64,000 bases of DNA. Source: Macrostomum lignano. Taxonomy: Eukaryota. Each line of letters opens with the position of its first letter. Positions within the stretch are counted from its first letter, which is position 1. The stretch is from the NCBI GenBank assembly GCA_002269645.1, contig NIVC01000985.1, positions 62,001 to 126,000 on the forward strand, written 5' to 3'. Below, piece by piece: positions 1 through 21,620 of this stretch. The translations under genes and the position numbers were made by a program. The notes beneath the pieces were generated by a model. That model was not told the origin of the DNA, did no database searches, and saw only the letters and a program-made list of their open reading frames with translations.

Positions 1-180
1 ATAGAGGGCGAAGGACAGTCAGAGAGGGTGAGAGACAGTCAGAGAGGGTGAGAGACAGTCAGAGAGGGTGACTGGGTGAGGGACAATAATAGAGGGCGAA
101 GGACAGTCAGAGAGGGTGAGAGACAGTCAGAGAGGGTGAGAGACAGTCAGAGAGGGTGAGAGACAGTCAGAGAGGGTGAG
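1..180. repeat. 20-bp GA-rich tandem repeat (agagagggtgagagacagtc), truncated by the window edge
   Basis: Direct tandem copies are visible. Confidence 0.9.
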
Positions 181-1106
181 GGAGGAAGCACAGACTGTCT
201 TATACTTTCCCTTATTAAGCGAGTTCAATAAGACAGATTAAATTTGTGTTAGGTGTGCATGGTAACTGGGTGCGGTTGAAATGGAACAGAAAATCACATA
301 ATGAGCATCGAGTATATATATATATGAAACATAATTGTCAGCAAAAAGACACATAAGTGTACATTACAATTCTTTCGATATCATAAGAAAAATAAATAAA
401 TAAATCCACAGTGGCATCAAGAAGTTCATCGCGAAAGCGGAGCTGCATACATGGCACACCAAAGTAAACACAGAAAGCATAGAGGTTACATTAGGTTGTT
501 ATGCATTAAACACTTATGAAAATGTGCACTCACCAATACATACTAGTACATGAATGTATAATGAAACATTATTATATTATTAATAAAATTTAAACCCAAC
601 GTAACCAATAGTACAGAACAAAATATAACAGAGAGACAAATATTACAATTAATAAAGAAACAAGCAGTTATTTAAACGGGAAAGACAATAAGAAATAATG
701 GCTAGCAATGCCTAACATAGTTGCTCTCAAAGTGCCGGCCCGGTCACAGTGCGCAGCACCGCAAAAATACTAATTAAGTTTTGGCAGCGCGAATTCATTT
801 CAACCCCACTACTACTTATACGGCCAGGCTACACGAGTAGTATATAGATAGTTATATTAAAGTAGTCAAGTTCTGTATATTGAATTTCTATTGGGCTCTA
901 CACCACCAAAGCTGGGAGTAAAATATTTGAGTATCACAGATTAAAGATCAGGATGTAACAATACAGTGCTGGCAATGTGTATGGGATTCAAGATCCCCAG
1001 TTGCGATTTACAAATATGGTCACATTCACGCATAGTAACTAACTGCATCTATTGGACAGTAACAATCCAATAGGTACATTGACAAGAATAATAACAGAAT
1101 GACATT

Positions 1107-1392
1107 GTGTCACTCTTTAGTGCGTCACTGACTGCCGCGGCATGGCATGTGTCACTCTTTAGTGCGTCACTGACTGCCGCGGCATGGCATGTGTCACTCT
1201 ATAGTGCGTCACTGACTGCCGCGGCATGGCATGTGTCACTCTTTAGTGCGTCACTGACTGCCGCGGCATGGCATGTGTCACTCTATAGTGCGTCACTGAC
1301 TGCCGCGGCATGGCATGTGTCACTCTTTAGTGCGTCACTGACTGCCGCGGCATGGCATGTGTCACTCTATAGTGCGTCACTGACTGCCGCGG
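1107..1392. repeat. 42-bp minisatellite, about 7 copies, downstream of the TMF1 stop
   Basis: Unit tgtcactct(t/a)tagtgcgtcactgactgccgcggcatggcatg; it explains the spurious 14-aa periodic ORF 1107..1409. Confidence 0.95.
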
Positions 1393-1503
1393 CTCTACAC
1401 AGCTCATAGTTCCTGCTAGCTACATATTTAAAAGCTAGTAAGCCAACACCCCAAAAAAGGAACTGAAGAACTACAACGCACAGATTGCGGTGAGTAGCTA
1501 CAA

Positions 1504-11431
<9,928 letters not shown>

Positions 11432-11948
11432 TTTGCCTGCTACAGTTTTCCAGAGCTACGCTTCTGAGATAATTACTCTTTTTGTGTTATTAGCAATTTT
11501 TGCGGCTATTTTAAGCCCGCACCAATGATGAGCTGGTTAACTTGAGCAGCTGAAATGGCGCAAGTAATGATTTATTAACATTTGTTTAGTACTGCTGTTA
11601 GTAGTAGTAAAGTTGGCACTTATGATGACTCTTTCATATTGCCAAAAAGTAAAAGCAGATCGGATTACGTCACTTAAGGGCAATTTTTTTTTAAAAAAAA
11701 ATTTACTTCTTCACTTCAGGCTATTTAGGAGCAAAATAATGTCAATGCAGAAATTACCAATGAACTGGGAAAAGCAGAGTACAAAAATAATATCCAGCTA
11801 ACTGCTTAGTTTGACTGAAAGATCAAATGAAATACAAAGAGTAAACAAATGGAAATTTTAAATAAGAGCAATGATATTTGATGGTTGATAATAATGTTAG
11901 TTTAAGAGTAAAATTGCTAATTGATTATAAATTGGAGCAACTAGGGTT

Positions 11949-12297
11949 TGATATCGGGAGTGAGTGTAAATTGGGGTGAGGAAAGCGGGCTATTGTGCCT
12001 TGATATCGGGAGTGGATGTACTTTGGGGTGAGGAAAGCGGGCTATCATGCCCTGAAATCGGGAGTGGATGTACTTTGGGGTGAGGAAAGCGGGCTATCAT
12101 GCCCTGAAATCGGGAGTGGATGTACTTTGGGGTGAGGAAAGCGGGCTATCATGCCCTGAAATCGGGAGTGGATGTACTTTGGGGTGAGGAAAGCGGGCTA
12201 TTGTGCCCTGATATCGGGAGTGGATGTACACTGAGGTGAGGAAAGCGGGCTATTGTGCCCTGATATCGGGAGTGGATGTACATTGGAGTGAGGAAAG
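11949..12297. repeat. 42-bp tandem repeat between the TIMELESS stop and the TMF1 ATG
   Basis: Unit atcgggagtggatgtactttggggtgaggaaagcgggctat..., about 8 copies. Confidence 0.93.
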
Positions 12298-12546
12298 TGG
12301 AAAATTAAATTAATATTAAATTGAATTATTGAAAAAATGCAGCCTGTTGTAACATAAAATGCCATGTCATTAGTAAACAACGATAAAAATGCCTTGTTGC
12401 AAATTGAACAGAACAGGAACAATACTCGCATAATAAAACATAAACTAAGTCAGGTCACAATAAATAAATAGTGATGAAAAATTTTACAGCCGAACAGGCA
12501 GGTAAATTGACACTAAATAATAAGAATTAATGTATCGTTATAGCTA

Positions 12547-15500
12547 TTATTCCGAGTCGCTACTCATGATCAGCTTCTGACGTTTCTGTTTGACGGCGGC
12601 AGACGACGGCGATACAGTCGATAAGGCAGCGGCCGATCGTGCCGACTTGCCGACGCCGACAACTGGGTCGGTCTCATCATCGGATGATGACGAAGAGGAA
12701 GACGAAGACAGACGGGGCCGTTTGCTGTTGCGCTTCTCCTGCGTGTCGGCGTCGACATCGACGTTTTCTTTGTCGGCCGCCGCATCGGCAGCGGCAGAGG
12801 AAACGGACTGACGGCTGTTGCTGTCCTCAGCGACTGGCGCGCCGCCGGTGCGTCCAGCCGGCAGGATGTAGGCGTCAAACTCGCTGCGATCGGCCGCCGT
12901 CGTCGTGGACTTCAACGCTGGCGGCGAGTTGAGAATGCCGTCAAAGGCTAGCGGATCTTCACGACGCGATGGTGGCAATCTGAGCTGCTGTTGCTGGCGT
13001 TGGCGCCGAAAGTCTGCTAGGCTGGTGCACGGCCCGGCCTTGTGCGCGTCGGTGAACTCGTCAGAAACGTCGTTGTTGTCGTCGGCAAATTGTCGCAGCA
13101 CATTCCGGATGTCCTCGTCGCCAATGCCATCGATGTCGCTGTCGCCGTCGCCGCCGTTTTCATCAGCGTCGCCATTGTCGCTATCGGAAAACTCTGGCCG
13201 GCCAAAGTTGGCCAGCACCAGGGCCTCGAGATCGGCATTCGGGGCGGCCAACAAGTCCAGGACTCGGCGCAGCTTCTCAGCGCTGGCGTCGGCCGGGCAG
13301 CGCCAGAATCGGCTGGCGGCATCCAGGGCCGGCGGCTGCAGGCCGGCGCTAAGCAGCAGACCGGTGCAGATTGGCTCCTCGTCCAGAGCGGCGTCGGCAG
13401 CCGGGTCCAGACAGAGCAAAACCTGCTCGTCGGCGTCACCAGCCAGACGGTCGCGCAGACAGTCGGCCAGCTGGTCAGCTAGCCAGGCCAGGCAGGCGGC
13501 CACGCCGGGCCGATCGGACTGCAGTCGGCGGGCATTCAACAGCCGCTCGGCCAGTTTGGCTTCGTCCATTCGCGGAGCCGGCGGTGCCGGCGCCGAGGCT
13601 GATTTAGCGGCAGCAGAGCCCGAGGGTGGAACGAATTCCTCGCCATCGCGACCTGCCCGACGATCCGCTTCATCGCTGTCGCTATCATCCGAGGTCGCGC
13701 CTTTCTGTCCGCTAGTCGCTTTGCTGCGACGCTGGCGTGCCTTCGAACTTGACGGATTGTCGCCCGGTCGCTTGGCCCGCTTCGCTTTGGTCGCCGGCTT
13801 CTTGCGGAAATCGGCCGCCTTGGAGCCGAGGCCCAGCTGCACCATGCGCCGCATCACCCGGCGCCGGCTGCGGCCCCGGTCGCTCAGTTCCGACTGCACA
13901 AATTCTACAATGTCGTTTACGTCCTCGCGTTGAACGGCCAGATCGTACAGGCAGCGCAGCTCAGCGTCCAGATTCTCCGTCCAGCGAGCTTTTTCGCCCA
14001 GACGTCGGGCAGCCGCTGCGCCTTTCGGATCGATGGCGGCGGCGTAGTTGTCGGAGATATCCCGCGACTCAGGCAGCGACTTGAGGAACAGGGGCTCGCA
14101 GAATACGGCCGGATTGCGTTTCACCGCGGCGACAAACTGGCCGACAATATGGCGACAGAGGCGCGGCAGCTCCTTGTCCGGACAGTCGGGATCCTTTAGC
14201 ACAGTCTGCAGTACGCGGAACGTTCTCAGCTGGTAGAACATGGGCCCGGCGCTGGTTTCTGTGATCATTTTATGCGCTAGCCGAACAGCGCTACAATTGA
14301 CGGCTGGCGCGTTTAGCCGATAGTTGGCCAACACTCGGGTCAACGCGAGAACAGTGGCCGGATGACAGAACCGCAACAAGTATTCGCCGCTGTCGAAACG
14401 GCCTTCCTCGAATTCTAAGTCTTCCTCGTCGTCGACTAGACCCTGCGCCTCGAGGAGCTCCTCGTTCACAGGCGGCGCCTCATCGTCCGCCTCCTCGTTG
14501 CCAACGGCGACGTCAGCATCAGGCTCGGCCGCATCCGGCTTTGCACTGTTAACCAGACTGGCGTCCATTAGGATCGCTCGCAGCAACAGCAGATCGTCGG
14601 CAATGTCGAAGTGGCCGCACATGGGGAACAGCAGCCGGCAGCGCCGGGCGCACACCACCGACTCTGCTAGGCGGCCGTCGATAAGCAGACGCTGTACAGC
14701 GCCGGCTGCTGAAGCCGCCTGCTCGGCCTCTGGAGCCAGTGGGTCGAACAGGCGCGGCAGGCCGGCTTCGTTAACCTCGGCCTCGACGCCTTCGGGAGGC
14801 GCGGAAACCAGCTGGCTGAGCGCTTCGCCGAAGCTGTTCCACAAGTCGTCGCGCTGCTCCTCCGTTAGCACTGTCGCCTGTTGCTGTTGCTGTTTAGCCG
14901 CTTTCCGTTTGCTAGCCGCCAATTTATTACCTTGCTGTCGGCGACGGCGCCTAGCCTTGGCGCGGCTCTTCTTGCGCTGCTGCACCAGATTGCCGTCTCG
15001 GGCCCAGCGGTCCATTAGGCGCATCATAGCGAATCCGCCTTCTAGGACTTCCCTATAGAGATCCAGGCCTGCCCAGCGGTCTTGGATGCTGCGCAATAGT
15101 TCGGGATAGGCATCGCGATACTCTGGCAGGTACAGAACCTCGCGGGCCAGGGCGCGGGACTCTTCAACCTGGGCTAGCCAATCGGGATCAGTCTCGTAAT
15201 CGGCCGGGCCATTTTTATTAGCTGAATTAGACGGCAGGGCGATGGCAGCTGACAGCACTAGAAACATTTGATTATAGGCGCTCAAGGCTAGCAATAGCCG
15301 GCGCGACCAAATAGCTTGATTGGCGCCGCGCTCAAGATTGGCGCTCTCCGCGCAGGTCATTATCTGGCGATGAACGAAGCCGAACGAGTCCAAGCTGAAC
15401 GCGGCAGTCAGATGGTGCAGCGCGGGGCGCCGGGATCCGCCAGGCCGGTGTCGGGCGTAGGCAAAGAAGAACTTCACGGACCAGAGGTAGAAGGTCTCGT

Positions 15501-18118
15501 CTCCAACCTGACTAGACGGACTATCCAGGTGTTGTCGAGCGCGCCGCATCAGTGGGTTGAACGCTCGGGCTAGGAGGGCTTCGCATAGGTCGCGCAGACC
15601 CTCGGTGACGCGCGAGGTTGTGATAGGCGCGGCGCCGCCTTCAAAATCGCAGCCGCCAGCGCCGGTCGAGCGAGGATCGTCCACTACTAGGCGGCGATTT
15701 TTTGGCACTTTGCGGCGGGTTTTGTCCTGATCACAGGACCAGTCCCGCAGCTGGTTGAGGTCTCGGTGGAACACCACGGGCCGGCCGGCCACGCCCGTGA
15801 CCCCAGTTAGCTGGTAGGTGCCGCCGAACCTGCAGAGGCAGTGGGCATTGAGGCTACTTGACAATCAAGTTACTTGATAACCAGGCTACTTGACAACCAG
15901 GCTAATTGACAACCTGGCTACTTGACAACCAGGCTATTGGCTACCTGGCTACTTGACAACCAGACTATTGGCTACCTGGCTACTTGACAACCAGTCTATT
16001 AACTAACTGCCTGGCTATTAACTACCTGGCTACTAGCTACATGGCTATTAGCTACCTGGATATTGGCTCACCTGTCTATAAACTACCTAATGCTCTAATT
16101 AGCTACCTGGCTGCTTACGACTACTGGAGGCTTAACGCTCAGATTTAGCTGGTCTTTCTATCGATAATTTTGTCCATCGGCCAGCAAAATTCAACGCGAC
16201 TTGAAGCTTTCTAGTAAATAAATCGTAATAGAGTCATTGTAGGTGCATCAAACGCCCAGTGTAACTGAATAAAAGAATATCAGTCTAGGAGTATCTGCAC
16301 CAATAAGTCAATTGCTCTCTGAGAACGGATAGCACGCACTGCCATTAAATTACATTAGCCTAAATGCGAGCACAAAAATTCTCAGAATACAAATCTATTA
16401 TTGTCGGTGTATCAAACGCCTAATAAACTGAATCAATTCAATCAGCCTAGGAGTATCTACACCTTAAATTTACTCTCTGAGAACGGATAGCACGCATTGT
16501 CATTTAAAAAATATTATTTTTTGACCCAAATGCGAGCACAAAATTCTCAGGCCATATACGCCGGACTGAATGCTTCGCGTATATGTTGGCGTTTACATGC
16601 GTAATAAGCGCCCGACTCTTGCATCACGACCCCTGGTTCGATTCCGTGCGCCAGCACAATTCATTTGGGGCCTGTCGTACGATTCAAACCCGTGAGGGCC
16701 AATCCCTAAGGCACAGAGTCAGAGTGTGTACATGCCTGACAATTAGAAAGTCAGGGCCGCTGTACACCCCGTGTGAGCGTGTGTATGAGTGCGTGCCTGA
16801 GTACAGCATTGGCATGTGCTCAGCGGAATGGTGCAGAATTGCCTCAGCGCTTGCATTGGAACTTGTCTAAGCTGATCTGCTACGCTCATATATTCAATTA
16901 GCAAAGTAATGTACGATTTACCTGCCCCTGCCTTGCCCCCCTTCGCTCTGTACACTGTACACTGCTTTATCGATCGTCCAGTCGCCCCAACCCCCTTATT
17001 GACTCACCAATGCTAGCCATCGCTCCGGCGGGCTCTTTACCTTTTTGCGCCTCGTATTCTAATATAACTGGCCGATTTCACAATACCGCTGGTTGGGGGG
17101 GCAAGTCATGTCAGCAATTTTTACACGCATTATATGGTCTGTTATAGGGTAAACAGCAAGAGCTACTATGACTCTATTAAGATTGTCAGGCGCCTCGTCA
17201 TCTAATCACTCACCTTCCATGCCTTGTGGACAGGTATCGAAAATTGTCACACCGAGTCTCGGATCGAGCCTCGGCTTTGGCCGCTCGCTCCAGCGCGGCC
17301 GATGCGGACGCAACCGCGGCGCTGCCGCCGGCCAGAGCGGCCGGATTCCTGTGCCGCAGCAGCAGGTGCAAAATCTCCAACAGGTGCATGCTGTAGTGCT
17401 TGCAACCGGCGGAGTTGGCCGCCAAGCCAACCAGGGCCCGCGGCAGGCCGGCGTCCAGCAGGCAGCGAATCAGGCGCTCATGACAGATGCGCGGATCGTC
17501 GCGGGCGTCCTGACCGCAATTAACAGCGGCATCGACTCCGCCGGCGTGTAGGACATTGCGCAGTACAACTAGCACCCTTTCGAGTCCTTCGCGCTCCTCG
17601 TCGCCGATATAATCCGAGCCAGCGTCGCGACGATCAACAAAATTATCGATTAATTTAGTGAATTGACGCAGCAGCTCGACGTCGCAAAAAGCCAGCTTGT
17701 AGTCGGCCAGGTGGCTGAGCAAGGCGATGTAGTGCGGCCTGCGTGCCGGGTCAGGCAGCTGGTTCTGGAAGCACAGCAGGGCCGGCTTGGTCAGGCACAC
17801 CATCAGTCGGAGTGTCCGGTCTAGAACGTCGGTCTCGTCAGCGTAGCGCTTCACTAGGGGCAGCAGGTCGCGCTGCAGCAAACGCAGCCTGGCCAGCTCG
17901 CGCCGCATATCGCAGGTGTCATCTTCGCGACGGAGGCAGCGGAGAATGTCGCGCAGAGTCTCGGCGCAGTCTGGCTCGCGAATGTACACACCGGATTCGT
18001 CCGGGAAGCCGAGAGAGTTGCAGAATACGTGCAGATCGGCGAAGCGCTGATTAGTGGACGGCTGCGGCTCCGACTGCTGCTGACTAGGCTGGGACCGCTG
18101 CGACTGCGATGAAGCCAT
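12547..18118 (-). CDS. TIMELESS: Timeless / Tof1-family replication fork protection protein, 2 coding exons
   Basis: Exons 18118-17214 and 15829-12547 join as ...STRHGR|FGGTY. Motifs YIREPDCAETLRDILRCLRREDD, LLQRDLLPL, LRLMVCLTKP, FYLWSVKFF and C-terminal LAWLADQLADCLRDR match mammalian-type TIMELESS. Confidence 0.93.
15855..16110. repeat. Degenerate 16-26-bp tandem repeat (gctacttgacaaccag / gctacctg) in the TIMELESS intron
   Basis: Visible tandem copies. Confidence 0.8.
16235..16386 (-). ncRNA. Box H/ACA RNA copy 1 (predicted U2 Psi34 guide)
   Basis: Hairpin CUGAGAA...UUCUCAG, H box AGAGCA (16318-16313), second hairpin GGUGC...GCACC, ACA (16240-16238) plus 3 nt. Pocket AGAUACU / CGUUUGAU. 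Confidence 0.82.
16399..16550 (-). ncRNA. Box H/ACA RNA copy 2 (predicted U2 Psi34 guide)
   Basis: Same architecture: H box AGAGUA (16476-16471), ACA at 16404-16402, compensatory stem changes (GGUGU/ACACC, CCUAG/UUAGG). Confidence 0.82.
16583..16870 (+). mobile_element. tRNA-derived SINE, family A
   Basis: B-box GGTTCGATTCC near 16634 followed by the family core atttggggc...gagggccaa..c..ggcacag..gtgtgtacatgcctgac. Confidence 0.8.
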
Positions 18119-18351
18119 GATGAATGCAGTCAGCCCGGTTGCAGCGGGTGATGGGGAGAAATGCTTGGCTAACGACTGTCTCAGTACACTACTTTGAACT
18201 GCCTGAATATTGTCTACCTGGCCTTGTGTTTATTCAATTTTAATTAGCAATTTTGCCTCAGACAGTGACTTAGCATCTGCCATCTACCATACTTGATGAT
18301 ACACAGTGTTAAAGATCTTAGAGATTTAGTACATTTTATATTGTATATTGT

Positions 18352-18503
18352 GATTGTAGGTGCATCAAACGCCCAGTACACTGAATATTGCAATGCTCAG
18401 CCTAGGAGTATTCTACACCCTAAATGAGTTGATTGCTCTCTGAGAACGGATAGCACGCACTGTCATTATAGATTAACACAAGTGCGAGCACAATAATTCT
18501 CAG
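18352..18503 (-). ncRNA. Box H/ACA RNA copy 3 (1-nt insertion in the guide pocket)
   Basis: H box AGAGCA (18439-18434), ACA at 18357-18355; left pocket reads AGAAUACU instead of AGAUACU. Confidence 0.75.
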
Positions 18504-18547
18504 TTGTCGTAATACAGTGTGTGCTGTATTAGTACTGTCTACACTAT

Positions 18548-18960
18548 GTAAACTACCTGAAGATTGTCTACCTGGAACTTCACTACCTGAATACTGTCTG
18601 CCTGGCGTTTCACTACCTGAATATTGTCTACCTGGCGTTTCACTACCTGAATATTGTCTACGTGGTTTTTCACTACCTGAATATTGTCTACCTGGCGTTT
18701 CACTACCTGAATATTGTCTACGTGGTGTTTCACTACCTGAATATTGTCTACCTGGCGTTTCACTACCTGAATATTGTCTACCTGGCGTTTCACTACCTGA
18801 ACATTGTCTACTTGGCTTTTCACTACCTGAATATTGTCTACTTGGCTTTTCACTACCTGAATATTGTCTACCTGGAAGTTCACTACCTGAATATTGTCTA
18901 CTTGGCTTTTCACTACCTGAATATTGTTTACCTGGAAGTTCACTACCTGAGTATTGTCTA
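18548..18960. repeat. 30-bp minisatellite between H/ACA copies 3 and 4
   Basis: Unit cactacctgaatattgtctacctggcgttt, about 14 copies. Confidence 0.95.
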
Positions 18961-19060
18961 CTTTTGTTTCGTTTATTCAATTTCAATTAGTAATTTTGTT
19001 TAACGGTTTCTAGACAGTGACTTAACATCTACCGGTACTGTACTTAATGGTAAAAAAGTG

Positions 19061-19211
19061 TATTGTAGGTGCATCAAACGCCCAGTACACTGAATATGTC
19101 AATGCTCAGCCTAGGAGTATCTACACCCTACATGAGTTGATTACTCTCTGAGAACGGATAGCACGCACTGTCATTATGGATTAACACAAGTGCGAGCACA
19201 ATAATTCTCAG
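19061..19211 (-). ncRNA. Box H/ACA RNA copy 4 (predicted U2 Psi34 guide)
   Basis: CUGAGAA...UUCUCAG, AGAGUA, then GGUGU AGAUACU CCUAG...CUGGG CGUUUGAU GCACC U ACA AUA. Confidence 0.82.
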
Positions 19212-20414
19212 TTTTCATATAACATGCTAACAGTGGCCGAGTACATTACTATACACAACAATACAATAAAAATATTGACCCTAACAGGGGTGAAAGTAAA
19301 AACGGTGTCATTATAATAGTATATTTACAAAAGCGGAATATATATATTGGATAAATAATAGCAACAGCCAAGGGCTTACAGACAGGAAGCGCGAGAAAAA
19401 TAGAATTGTCCGATAATGATTACTAATCATAATTAATACAATAAAAACAATTAAAATGGTCAAAATGGGGATTACTTTAATAAACATAAAAGACTGAATA
19501 AAATTAGGAAAAATAACCCAGAGTTTAACTGGTTGTTAAGAAATTTATGAAAGAAGCAGATTGGAAGACGGCAACAAATTAAAAGGCACTTCTACCTAGA
19601 CCAGTGCTTAGTATAGTGTTGGCAGGTGTTAGTTGATGATAAAAAACTGCATAGGTTTGGTCATTTTAGCCGTGTGATAGCAGATTGTTACAGGGAAGAA
19701 TAGCTCGTATCTACAGGAAGATTTATAAGCAGCTGATAATAACGTCTGCTACTGACAGTAGTGTGCATAGCCTGCTAAAAACTTGCTTTTTAAATAATGC
19801 ATTGAAATTTGGAAATTGTAATACATTTAGGGCCTTATATAGATCCGAATTGTTGCTTTAAATTGCGATAATAATGGCACAATAAATAAAAGAGAAGCTG
19901 TTCAGTATTATGATAGAAACTTCTCTGGGTTGAAGCACAATAATTCTTTGTTGCTGCGCATAATGAAGAAACATACATAAATATAGACCAGTGGAATTTA
20001 GATAAACCTTGGTCAGCCCAATCACTTTAGCTTATTTTTTTTACATCTGGCTCTAGGCGACTCTAAAATGATGAGATGTCACAGTCAGTACAAGTCGCCT
20101 AAGAGCCAATTTGAGGCGTTTCATTGTCTGCGACTTTGAATCAACCCTGGGGTTACTTTATAAACTAGAATCGCATTTCGCATCTATAACAACTATATCT
20201 AGTCTACTTGAGTAATTCGAAACATAAGCGCTAAAACACCGACTTTACGATTCTGCAACTCCCGCTTATGTTGCGCGATTTAGTCGCTAAAATTACTAGT
20301 GCGTTGTTTGCAATGAATCTTTAGCTGTGAAAGTTTAATATTCTGGCTCACAGAAGTAGTTGTCAAGATTTTCTGGGGCTTAGACAACGCATACAGAGAT
20401 AAGACAGCAGATTA

Positions 20415-20804
20415 TCAGGCAGGCTTCGATTGGAACACTCCAGCCGAAGCCAATATGGACATAATAATAATGATAATAATAACGGCAACCACAACAGCCA
20501 GAATAATCTTCATTTTGGTATTCTGCCACCACATTTTCCGTTGCACCCGAGTTGTAGTCCGGCTGTACTGCACAGCGGACTCCTGCAGCGCCTCGGTCCG
20601 GTCCACCAGCTTGTTGATGTTGCCATCCCGTTCGATAATCCTGTTCATGTTGTCCCGCATCACGTCGGACACTTCGCCGACTGTCTGCTGCATTTGCTGC
20701 AGCCGGATATCGTCTGGATGCTGCGGCTGCGGCTGCGGCTGATCAGCGCCGCCACCGCCTCCGTCACCGCCTCCGCCGCCGTAGTTGTACCTTGACGAAC
20801 TCAT
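20415..20804 (-). CDS. Synaptobrevin/VAMP-family R-SNARE, single coding exon
   Basis: RLQQMQQTVGEVSDVMRDNMNRIIERDGNINKLVDRTEALQ R-SNARE motif, WWQNTKM juxtamembrane segment and C-terminal TM helix. Exact VAMP paralog not assignable. Confidence 0.93.
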   Translation of the reverse strand: MSSSRYNYGGGGGDGGGGGADQPQPQPQHPDDIRLQQMQQTVGEVSDVMRDNMNRIIERDGNINKLVDRTEALQESAVQYSRTTTRVQRKMWWQNTKMKIILAVVVAVIIIIIIMSILASAGVFQSKPA

Positions 20805-21620
20805 TGTGCATGCAAATAATAATTGGCCTGTTAGAATTAAATAACACATTCATATAATCTGTAGAACAAAATACAGCCTACTTGTCTACTAATTTTCAGT
20901 AGTAAACATGCGTTTAAAGCTCGTTTACCCTTATTTGCTGCATCTGAAAAAAAACCTATGCTTCTTTTTTCGTTTGAAAATACCTAAAAACGCTTATATT
21001 ACTAATATTGCTGTTAAGTAGAAGGAAAATATATCTATCAAGATTTTTTAGACCTGTTGACTGGACCAGGGAGCGGGCTTGCTGTACTAAAATGTGCTAC
21101 AATAATAGTTATAAAAAATGTATCTTATCTAAAGCAGGAATTTTCAATCAAAATGCCTAAACTACTACTACAAGTGGCTAAATAAAATTTAATTAAAATA
21201 GCTAGCGATCCCTGTAGAAAAAAATGAAAAGAAACAAGACAAGCAAATAAGTGCAGGATAATACTCTGTCATTTCCATACAGAAAATATACTCGCATAAT
21301 CTTATAAGATTTTAATCTTGGCAACCAATACAAAATGCACGCAACGACTCATTTAATTGAAATCACGAGCGAATGCAGTTTAGGCGAGGCACAGAGCAGC
21401 TTGCCCTTTTAAGCTGGTAATCTTCCAGTCACTCAAACGAAGCGATACGGCAACCAAAAACTCCTTCGGACAATGGGATCAAAGGAAACAACGGCAGGGA
21501 ACAGTGGCATTTAAATTGCAAGGAGTTGTGGCTAAAATTACAGCTCATCTGTACACTCCTATCGCTCACAGTAAATACAGTACTTCTTGTAGTACCCACT
21601 AAATAGGCCACTCAGTTATA

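Noticed and set aside
12905-13933. 342-aa plus-strand ORF and other antisense ORFs over TIMELESS, TMF1, EFL1 and PUS10
   Set aside because: Shadow ORFs of GC-rich coding sequence with no recognisable motifs.
16583-16660. tRNA gene candidates at the B-box sites
   Set aside because: No complete cloverleaf; each continues into a shared SINE body.
18420-19003. ORFs with YSGSE / FHYLNIVYL repeats
   Set aside because: Translation of the 30-bp minisatellite.
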